From Epiperipatus broadwayi (Eukaryota; Animalia; Onychophora), in NCBI GenBank assembly GCA_028023455.1, contig JAQFVV010000001.1, positions 5,146,001-5,210,000 on the forward strand: 64,000 nucleotides of DNA, in the 5' to 3' direction. Positions within the stretch are counted from its first letter, which is position 1, and every line of letters starts with the position of its first letter. Position numbers and translations under genes: made by a program. Positions 53,497-64,000 of this stretch are shown piece by piece. The notes beneath the pieces were generated by a model. That model did not search any database, had not been told where the DNA came from, and was given only the letters and a program-made list of their open reading frames with translations.

Positions 53497-54503
53497 AATA
53501 GGCAGTAACTCACCCAGAAGCTGTATAATGGGAGGAAGCATACACTCGAGAATAACATTACTGGTTGTTGGTCGCTATATGGCCTCTGTGTGATAGTGCT
53601 TTCTCTTCCATCCTAGTAAACAACTTCTAGATCAAAGCAACCATCATCCTCAGCAAAGAAGATTAAGATGAACCAACTTGCCATTTTAATATTAAACTTC
53701 TGTATGTAGAATGTTGTATAGTTTGCTCTTGTATATTATTGATCAGTCGCATGTTTATTATTATTCTCAAAGTATAGAAGTGACAAAGAACAAATTCTCA
53801 TCTCAGCCTGTGAAATATTTTCTGAAGCTGTTGTCAAGGAACACCACAATTACAAGCAATATAGAAATTTATTTTAAAAATAAGCATTAAATGCATATTT
53901 ATTTACATTTTTATATATTTAAAAAAAATTAATTTAATTTACGAATGAATTTTAGGTTTATTAGCCTGTGTTCTGACATATTAAATGTTAGATCATATTA
54001 TATTTGTTGAAAAGTAATCTATGAATATATATACACATGCATATATATATATATGTATGATTTTGTAGATGGCATTGATTCTATCTTGAAGCAGTTAGAC
54101 ATTAATGGTCAAGACAAGCATTCAGAGGCATAACAGATTCATTTCTTTTTTTTTTAAAAAATAGTTTTGACATGTGTCCAAGTTATAATTTTGCTTACTG
54201 AACATTTACTCCCCCAAAAACCTTGGAAAATTTGTTCAGGGAGTTAAATGACTCAGAATATTTCTGGATGAATTCCCTCTGAGGAAAATTAAAAAAAAGC
54301 TTGAAGGAGAAGTTGAGGGAATTTAATTGACCAATTACATGGAACTATTATGTTAATATTTTAGAGATTCAAACTTTATTTGATTTCACAAGTAATTAAC
54401 CACATGATTTACATTAACTGCTCAAAAGATAGAATCAGTATATATTCACTATATATTTGTGCAATTATTGCATTTTTTAAAAAATTCTGTTATATTTAAT
54501 AAA
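53497..54503 (+). other. Probable non-coding 3'-UTR exon of the KLF gene
   Basis: Donor GTAAGT at 50147 (18 nt after the stop) and acceptor TTTTATTTTGTTACAG ending 53496, followed by a GC-richer non-coding block. The 3' end is a guess (AATAAA near 54498). Confidence 0.5.
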
Positions 54504-57249
54504 TGCTTTTTTTTTTTTTTTTTTAGCAATCCTTGTACATGCATGAATAGGAAATTCAACATTGACTCTTTTATTATTGGTGTTGGATTGCCTTGTGAAG
54601 TGTCCCTTTAACAAATAAATTTATTTCTGCTGTTGAACAGTATAATTAATTTATGAACAAGTAGGGAACAAAAAATATTTCACATTTTACTTTATGAACA
54701 AGTTTCTGCCTTTTTCCCCATTGGCCTAGAAACAAATATTTTTTTATATATGTATACATATAAATATATTTAAAATATATGCGTGTATGTGAATTTGTAA
54801 TGGTTTGTATATTATGGGAATTTTTTTTTTTTTTTGTAAAAAAAAATTACATTTTTAAAACTAACAAATGTTATTCCCTAATTATATTACTCTTATTTTT
54901 ATTAGGACACACACAAAAAAAAACTTATTGTAATTATTAAATCTACTTAGTAAATTTAATTTTTACCATATAAAAATTTAATAGAATCCTTTATTGTTAA
55001 TACAATTTTTTTTTTCTTTCCAAATAGTAAAAAATATATATATAATATTCACACATTTTTATAATTTTTTTTTATTTAAACGATTTGATTCTGAGATTTA
55101 TTATATATCTACAATTTGATTATGTTTAAATATTACATTTTTTTTTGTAAGAAAAAAACAACAACATTCTCATTGCTTTGTTTACGTTATTTCATTAGTT
55201 TTTGTTTCGGCAGATGCAACATTTCTAGAATCACATCTAGATTTCCTTATGAAGTTATCATAATATTAATAGAATTGATGAAATTATATATTTTTTAAAA
55301 GTTTTATTTAAAGCTAGTTGTTGCCTTGTCATATTTTTTATATTCATCAATATTTCATTTTTTTTATTCTCTTGTTTTAAGCTTTACTAAATTTCTTCAA
55401 CTATAATTGTGATGTCTTCATCATGTTTAATGTTAATATTTCTTTTATCAATTCATCTTTATCGTTATTCAGTTCAGCTTTTTTTAATTTACATATTCAA
55501 TGTGTAATGAGAGGTTTATTTACAAAGAAGAATTTATTTTATTTACATTGAGTATCCTAAAGCACACACATCTTTGTAATTTCTGGATTTTGTGTTTTTT
55601 GCTGAAAATCAATCCAAGCAACATTAAATCAATTCTAGAAAATTTGTGGATATAAAATTTTTTTAAAAAGTAAAAAAAAATCTTCTTGCATATTTATATA
55701 AATTTTGTAACAGAATCCGATTCAATATTTATTGAAACCAAAATTAACATCATATTTTTAAAGTGATAAGGCTATTAATGTAATTCACTTGTTCAGTAAT
55801 TTAATTTAGACACATTTAAATACTTCTTAAATTTGCAAGACATTTAGTATATTGATTATGTAGTAGGAATTTTAGGATCTCTCTTCTTTACACTGTTTTT
55901 AAGTGAAATATGTGATTAGAAAAAATAATTATGAAAACTGATATATCTATGTTATCGAAATAATTATTTTTTTGCAAATTTTAATAAATGCATTCTTACA
56001 ATGTAAGCAATGAGGATCTTTTTACTGAGAGCTTAATGCAGTTCATTACTAAATTTGACATATATTGCAAATAACATTTGTTAAAGTTGCTTTAATATTT
56101 AAAATAATTTTGTTTATGAACTGTAAAATTACATGTTAATATATTTTTATTGTACGAGTTGTATTATTCTAGATTGTAACTTATCCTCTTTCTTCTTCTA
56201 CAGTAATGTTTAGAGTCAGGTGTATCATATTACAAGTTTTAGTCTTCTAAGTTTGAGAAATATATGTAAAAAAGTTTTTTTCCTTTAATTAAAAAATATC
56301 TATTAGTAACTTTATTTTTTAAAAAACTAAATATTAAAATAATTCAAAAAGGTTATTAATACTAAATAATATAAAAAATAAACTTGTGACTATATTCAAG
56401 TCTTACTTTTAAATTGTCTCAATATTCTCTAAGCATTTACCTGTATTTATTTTTAATTACCTTGTGAACAATTTGCCATCTCTTCCTTCATCCAATATTA
56501 TAAATAATGTTAAATATTGTAAAATATACTTATAACTCGATACCTCTCATTATATCATGTACTAATAACATTACTATGTTATCCATTATCATGACTAAAT
56601 CATTTGTTGTGATAGAAGTATATCACTTTTATTTACATCTAAATTTAGAATTATAATGTGAAAATTATAATATTATTAATATATAAGACTATGAAAGATG
56701 GAATGTTCTGAATATATTATGTGGCAATGTTGGAATTTGTTTTTGTTTTAAAATAGTTTAAAATTGAAAATTCATTTTAAAACTGATTAAGACCAATAAT
56801 ATTTTTTAAAAAGTTATATTACAATTTCACCCTATACATTTTTATAGGAATTTAATTTTGCAATTACTCAGAATCAGATTGTTTTTAATTATTATTTAAA
56901 AATAAAAATCGATTTAAATATCATTAATGAAATTCTGGATTTGCTGGAGAATTATTTATTGTATTTCTATAAATAGAATTCTTTGTCAAATATCTGAAAT
57001 TATTGTTCTGCTGCAATATGTAAATTAATTTTTATTGCATTAGTTAGAACAATTAATTGGTTTTAATATTAAAAAAAATTAATTTAGTTATAAGAATTAT
57101 GAATTCTTGTCTATATTAATTTAAAGTCAGTATTTATTATTTTATTTAAAAAAAAAAAAAAAAATAGAGATTAAGTAGTTTTTTTATTAGACTGCAATAA
57201 CGAATAAGAAAATTACTCTTTAAAAAAATAACTTATTTATAGAACTTCT

Positions 57250-57350
57250 ATTAGTAGAAATGCAGTAGAAATTTTATTAGAGAAAGATAAATTGTATTAT
57301 TAATCAAGCAGAATCCCGGTGTAATCCGCTTGTAAATTAGCTCAATTTTT
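57250..57350 (+). mobile_element. Possible Tc1 transposase N-terminal remnant
   Basis: IRER*IVLLIKQNPGV...KLAQ resembles the Tc1 HTH segment. Short, and no TIR found. Confidence 0.3.
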
Positions 57351-58498
57351 TTAAAGAACTGTTTTGGATAATGAACAAATTAAATAAATTATAATATTCT
57401 GGCAGGTCTCACATCATTTCGCAATATATCTTTCTCCTTTAAACTATATTATTAATATTAACTATTATTTTTTCATTGTTTTCTCAAAAATCTTAAATAC
57501 AACTCTGCTGCTATGTATATTTCAAACAAAAATACTTTTTTTTTTTTTAATAACACTTTATTTTCCACTTAACACGATCTCAATGCAATATGGCCATCGT
57601 GGTAGCAATATCAAAATTATTGTATACTTTTTTTGATTTTCATAAAGAACAAAACATTGAATTGAGATTCCAGCAGAATCTATTTATAAAGTTGTTGTTC
57701 ATAAATGCAATTATTTTTTTGTCTGTGTGTATGTGTGAACAAAAGTGCTAATGTGATAATTGGGATGTCCTGCCCTTGCCACCACATCATCATGCTCAAT
57801 AAACCCTTGGACAACACAGTAAACAAGTACTGGACTATGAACAAAAAATTTTTTTATCTGTTGTTAATTATTGTAAATCTATTAAATAAATTATTCAAAT
57901 CTTGTTTTTGTTTCATATGTTTATTTAATTTTAAATGCAATATTACATAGATAATACAGTAATGTGATTTTTATCATAAGAGAATCGTATCAATTTTTTT
58001 AAATTATATTTTTAAATTTAGAATAATTCTATGCATTGCTTAAAGGCAATAGAATATTATGATCAAGCAATGACAATGGACAAGCTTAATAATAGTTTCA
58101 CCAAAATTTATTCTTGTAAGTTAATTTTAATTGCAAAATTATCAGTGATAGGATGGAATTAGGGAGAATGAAAGCAATTCAGTTTTTTTTTTTGTAATTA
58201 ATTAAATATTCATTTATAAAATATTAAATTAGAAATTAGTTTATTTAAAAATTAAATCAATCTATTCTATTTTGCAAATTCTTCAATTACTTTATTATAT
58301 ATATTCCCTTGTGATTATTAAATAAATTAGATAATAAAGACTTCTCTATTGACATTAAAGCTACTTTTGATAGATGATCTTATTCAATAACATTTTGGAT
58401 ATAATTTTTAATTCTATTAAGCACTGAAAATGATCTTTCTATAGATATAGTAATAGAAGATGTAGCCAAGATTTAAGTACAAAGTAATATCTGAATTA

Positions 58499-58556
58499 AC
58501 ACAGCCAAAACTCTCCATACAGTACTGCATGTGATCATGTGATGTTTAGTGGTTTG
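58499..58556 (+). mobile_element. 58-bp minimal family B fold-back insertion
   Basis: Inverted arm ...AAAACTCTCCATACAGTA joined to the tail GTGATCATGTGATGTTTAGTGGTTT. 12-bp direct repeat ATAT(C/T)TGAATTA at 58487-58498 and 58557-58568. Confidence 0.7.
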
Positions 58557-61041
58557 ATATTTGAATTATAAACATACTAATTTCTTGAATATGAAAAATT
58601 AAAGTATCCATTATAAACAAACTTTAAATTTCCTTAAGAATGTATCTTCAGGGAATTTTCTGCAATAAGTTTGAAACATTTTATATATTAATCACTTTGA
58701 GAGAAAGTAAACATGATATTCTATACACTGGTCACTATTTGTACGAAAAGATAATCTAAAATTTCCAAGAAAAGTCCTGTCATTATTTTTTGAATCATGT
58801 TTTCAGTTCTAAGGCATTTTTTCAATAGAATATACTTTACCAGGCCATGCTCAAATATTACTTATTTTACTCAGCATGTCTGGAAATGAATACTAGTGTA
58901 TGAAGAACATGGAAGAAAGATAACACTAAGAAATACTGAATACTCAGTTCTTTTATCTACTGTTTCTCATATCAATTTATTCTTTTCTAGCTGTAACTGA
59001 TGTTTGAGCAATAAATAAACTTTGTGTTTGTAATTATGATAAGCAATAAATATTTCAAACTGAATGCCATCAATACAATAAAATGAAATCAAGTTGAACA
59101 ATCTTATTAACTTATATGTAGAAATCCTAATCAATCTAAATAATTATCATTCATTCCCAGGAACTGACATATAGAACAATCTCTTCTTTCTGAGCTAAGA
59201 AGTCTGATCATAGACTATATAAATAAAGATCTCTTGTCATATTTAAACCATACTATATATAATGTACAATGTAGAAATTTAAATAATATATCCTTTCATG
59301 AAAGATGACTATTTTAAATCCAATCATTTGCAAAGTGTAAGGCACTATCAGTTTCTCTACTTTCCATTCTCTGAAATGTTTAAATATTTATACTTGTTAT
59401 CAATTGTAATATCTACAAATCCTATAATTATTCATGAACTTTTCCATTTAAATAGTAATTAAGCATAGTTGATAACTGTGAAATATTCCTACAATCAGTA
59501 GACTAATCAAGTGATATAACAAATAAAGCACTTTATATCATTAAAAATATTTCAATAGAACTTTATTAAATCATTCTGTATTTAATTACAAATAGGCATG
59601 CAGAATTTAAATAATAATTCAACTGATTACTTAAATTCATGGCAATTAACCAAATACAAGAGGTACAAGTTACTTTAATATTTTATTAATGTAGTTATAT
59701 TTCATTAAATATATATAAACAAAATAAAAAATATTACCATTAATGTTTTTTTTTCCACAAGTACTTAATTAATTTTGGAGATTAAAAAAAAAACAACAAA
59801 AAAAAACTGCATTCTTTGAATCCAAAGGATTAATCTTGTGTACTTTTGAAATGTTTCTCCGTTCATGTGTTCAAACAAAAAATTTTTTTTTTTAATTTTG
59901 TAAGGAAAATAAAAATTTTGTGAATGTTTTTATTCTGTTTATATTAACATGCAACATACCTTTGTAGAGCTATTTCAAATAGCTCGGCTATTTTACAAAT
60001 AATTATTAAACTATCGTAAGCATAAGATATAGATGTTAACATAAAAATATTAAATAAACTATAATAAATTTTTACAGTTTAGAAAAATCACATGAATTTG
60101 CTCTAAACATACAATTTAAAATGTAACACTTTTATAATGAAAAGCTACTAAATGGGAATAAGATCATTTTGATTTTGCTTATTAGATGCAAAAGACTTGA
60201 ACTTTCTACATAAATATGTAGATAGTGATTTTTGAATATTTAAATGTACAAAGGCAAATTAAGTGTAAATGGATTTTATATTTTACAAATCTCTTATAAA
60301 GGAATAGGATTTTTCTTTTAAATATGTTTAAAACAATACCCAATAGAAATGACAATATATTGCATATCAAATAAAGTATCATGACTTTCCAAAACTTATA
60401 TTTAACACCTAGTTTAACAACAATAATTCACTCATTCTAAAGCCCTTTACTAAGCATTAATTCATCAGTCATTTTTACTTTTTTTATATAGTTTAAACAT
60501 TAAGAATTGAAATCAAATTTATGTTACTTGTATAGCTGTACAAGTCTTTTAAGCACATTTTTAGAAAAAGGATAATACTCAATATGATTTCGTATTTTAT
60601 ATTATTCAAGCTAATGATTTAAATGTTTCAACCTATAATAATTATACATCAGTGGTTTGGCTTCAAAACTTTAAGGTATTGTAACATTTAAACCATTAGT
60701 TTAAAAGATACAGATAAATATATGAAATTCAATGCTCCTCTGATATAGGTTAATAGATGAAAATAGTCTAGATTTGAGTGACATTATCATCTGGTGATTA
60801 TCCCGATGCCTTAAGAGTAGAATAGTTATTGCTGTTAATGCAGATGTTAAATTTAGGCTAGAAGTCTTGATATTTTGATATCTGTCACCATTTTGCTAAA
60901 AATGCCTACAACTAGCATATAATTCAAATTACTAAAATATCTAATAATTGACCTAGTGTTAGAATCATATGGCTAATTAACAAATTTGGCTTAGGCTCAA
61001 AATCTTAAGAGTATTGAAATTCATTAACTTTGATCAGATTC

Positions 61042-61369
61042 ATGGATATTACCATCATTGATTGGATTTAGTTTTGAGTAATTATTGCATTGATAAATTT
61101 AATAATATCGGAAAAGAATAATAAAGATGAAGAAAAAAATTACTTTTTGACTGTGGATTTGATCCATTTAGATCAAGACAATTTCCTTCTTTAGGTTTTT
61201 TTTTGTTGCAATTATTTTTTCACTTTTTGATATTGAAATTGTTTTAATTCTTCCATTTCCTAATAAAATAGAATTAAATGAAATTAAAAGCATATATTAT
61301 ATTGGTCAAATTTTTTGAATTGTATTAATTTATGAGTGAATTGAAGAAGCATTAGATTGAGCTGTTTAA
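61042..61369 (+). pseudogene. ND3: NUMT: mitochondrial nad3 pseudogene
   Basis: In the invertebrate mitochondrial code: SEKNNKDEEK..(FE)CGFDPF...RFF.VAII..FDIEIVLILPFP...YEWIEEALDWAV*; frameshifted. The start is approximate. Confidence 0.9.
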
Positions 61370-61401
61370 TTGCTTAACAATTTACTATATATTTAGTTTT
61401 G

Positions 61402-61476
61402 AACTTTTGAATAACTTGAATTCCATATACTTTGTTTTCAAAACAAATTCTTTATAAATAATTTTATCCAAAAGTT
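61402..61476 (-). pseudogene. trnS2: NUMT: mitochondrial tRNA-Ser(UGA)-like sequence
   Basis: On -: anticodon arm TTTGT-TTTGAAA-ACAAA, T-arm GAAT/ATTC and possible acceptor AACTTTT/AAAAGTT. It lies directly after cob, the usual trnS2 position, and overlaps the cob 3' end. Confidence 0.65.
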
Positions 61477-62426
61477 TATCGAAAAAAATTATAGAAAATA
61501 ATATAATAAAATAGAAGTGTAAATAAGATTTGCTCCAATTTATGTTAATAGATATATGACTAATGTAACTTCAAAATAAAAGTTGATTAATTTGGGTAAA
61601 TGAAAAAAATAATATGAAAAAAAATGGGAAGGAAAAATAAAATTATAATAGATATTCATTTGGAATTGAGTGAACGATTGCATATGCAAAAAGAAATATT
61701 TTGGTTCAATATGAATTGGAGTAACTAGATTTGCTGGAATAAAATTTTCTGGATCTCTCAAAAAAGTAGGGGGGGGGGGATTAAAAATGATAATTGAAAA
61801 ATATTAATGAAGTGGATTTTTATCTATGCTTGAATTTAATCCAAATAGATTATATTACTTCCTGATTGATGAAGGAATAATAAATGAATTATTGCTATTG
61901 TAGTAATGAATGGTATTAAAAAATGAAGTGAAAAAAATAATGCTGCATTACCAACAGCAAAGCCTCTTCATAATCAATTAACAATTACTGTTCAAAAATA
62001 AGAGATTGATGATAATAAATTAATAATTATGATTGTTTCTCAAAAAAATATTTGTCCTCAAGGGAAAACATCCTAAAAAGACTACTGCTATTATAAATAA
62101 TAATATATTTCCAAAATTTCATGTATAAAGTAATTTACGAGAATTATAATAAATTTCTTCCAACATGGATATATAAACAAATAATAAAAGAAGATTCATT
62201 ATTTCTGTGGAAAAATCAGATTAATTAACTCCAATGAACATCCTTGAAATTTATTTGATCTGAATAGTGTATTACTAACATAATTCCAGTTAGGATTTGA
62301 AATAATGAAATACCAAGAAGTGATCCATAATTTCATAAATATAAAATATTTGATGGGATTGGAAGATCAATATTATTTATGATTTTTATTAATGGGTGAA
62401 TTTTTTATTCAGATTTTTATAACAAT
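61455..62426 (-). pseudogene. CYTB: NUMT: cytochrome b pseudogene with deletions and frameshifts
   Basis: [60 protein letters not shown] and LLT.IGA are all recognisable. Confidence 0.95.
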
Positions 62427-62437
62427 TGAATATGTTT

Positions 62438-62940
62438 TTAATTTAAAATAATTATTACTATTCTTAAGCTAATAGGAAGAAAGATTTTTCAAGTAAGAAA
62501 TATGAGTATCATATTGAGATAGGGAAAATAATAGAAATTTTCCAATTACATATTTTAAGCATAATAATTTAGAAATTTAAAGCAATTTTAAAATATTTTT
62601 AAAACAAGTAGTAAGTCAAAGTGGATTATAAAACATATTTTCTTTAAATTTAAAAATTTAGTGCCAGAAACGAGATTTTGAGTATTTTATCATTTCAGAA
62701 TACAGAATTTGAATTCTAAAAATTGTTCTTGCCTAATTAGAAATGTGATTGGAGAAATTAGAAGTACAGAAGAAATTGCTGGAAATATGAGACTATCACA
62801 ATAAGATAGTTCGAGAAAAAGCCGAAATAATAACATTTTTCCTAAATTTACATTATTAAAGTACCAAGTAAATTTGTATTAAGTAAGTAAATCAGACAAT
62901 TAGTCATCAAACAATATTTCTCATAATGAGTTTTGATAAT
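62438..62940 (-). pseudogene. ND1: NUMT: nad1 pseudogene (C-terminal part)
   Basis: MFLTWKIFLPISLSMVMIILN* at the 3' end; LVSG, (Q)TI.Y..SL and NLG segments upstream. The distal boundary is approximate. Confidence 0.75.
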
Positions 62941-64000
62941 AACATACTAACAAATTAATAATTTTAATCTTTCTTACTAGTGTTATTAGAATCTCACCAA
63001 AGGTAACTTGCCAAATTGATGACAAGTTAAAACATAAAAACATGAATTAGTATATCCTGTCATCTGATATTATAACACACTGGAGACTCAACTCTTACTA
63101 AACATTAAATAATCTATGGAAACTAAATACCATTCCAATACACTAGCAAGTTTCTTATGCGACTTTCTACAAGGCATTGTATCCATTCAATGATCATTTT
63201 CATTCAAATTATATTCAAGCTACTGGCCTGAAAATTTAAAATAACCTAAGATTCATAATTTCAACTAGCTAATTTGTGTACGCATATGGTTTGACAATAA
63301 ATCAGTGAATAAAAATATATTTAAAGAAAAATTTTGCTAAATCTGCATGAAGTTCATAGCTTCTGAGATTTTAAATACTATAGTTTCGTTAATTAAGAAA
63401 ATGTTGGATGAATCCTTTTCTTATGAAATATTTAGTTACCACCACACTAAAGCAAAATTCTTTTGTATATTTTCAAATAGGTGAAAATTACAAAAATCTT
63501 GTATAATTTCAGCATCTTTTAATGCTATTCATTAACATATAATGTCATTCTGAACATAAGATTTGAATTTTATAACTATAGCAAACTATAATAAGTGATA
63601 GTAAAGAATTACTACTCGATAACATTCTTGCTATGATACTTATTGCAATTATTAAATTTATCATTATGCAAAATTTTTTAATTTATTTAATATGTAATAT
63701 AGCATATGAATGAATGAGAGTACTGAAATACCATCCATATAGAATATGAAATAAGAAATGATACATACACATATAATACAGTTTAATACCCCAACACTTT
63801 TCTCTTAAAATTTTTTTACCTTGTATTTTGGATTAAGAGTACTTCATTTACTTAATAACAAGTGTTAAGGTGTTAATCTAGTGTATTACATAATATTAAC
63901 TGTTTGGAAATGTTATATATAATAAGCCTTCTAATTATAAGCTACGACAATACAATGACCATAGCAATTTTAACAGAATTCTCTTCAACTGTACCATTTT

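Noticed and set aside
60781-60815. GDYPDAL resembling the cox1 motif SDYPDAY, which would extend the NUMT leftwards
   Set aside because: It is a seven-codon match only, and the flanks do not translate to cox1.
61000-61045. A mitochondrial tRNA (Gly or Ile) upstream of nad3
   Set aside because: No convincing anticodon stem or acceptor pairing.
61042-62940. Assigning the host species from the NUMT gene order
   Set aside because: I cannot match this order to a taxon with confidence from memory; it needs a database comparison.

Overview
A very AT-rich (roughly 25% GC by eye) invertebrate nuclear window. One protein-coding gene is clear: a Kruppel-like factor of the arthropod dar1 type on the + strand. 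Its three phase-compatible coding exons are 35575-35671, 35890-36080 and 49956-50128, followed by a probable 3'-UTR intron; the N-terminal exon(s) could not be found. The right end holds a decayed NUMT with the order nad3(+), trnS2(-), cob(-), nad1(-). The rest is old transposon debris (RTE LINE pieces, a hAT transposase remnant, TA-, TTAA- and 8-bp-TSD MITEs, short tRNA-derived SINEs) plus small non-coding fold-back insertions. These insertions share one architecture: an inverted copy of the near-3' end joined to a sense (sometimes concatemeric) copy, flanked by 10-14 bp direct repeats. They belong to three unrelated sequence families. Two families carry type I hammerhead ribozyme motifs with a palindromic helix III (intact core at 48391-48430 on -, near-intact at 26561-26602 on + and 26360-26401 on -). 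The third, a structured ~336-nt monomer concatemer at 16284-17397, has no hammerhead I can find and is the best candidate for something undescribed. All alignments were done by eye; coordinates of decayed elements are approximate.
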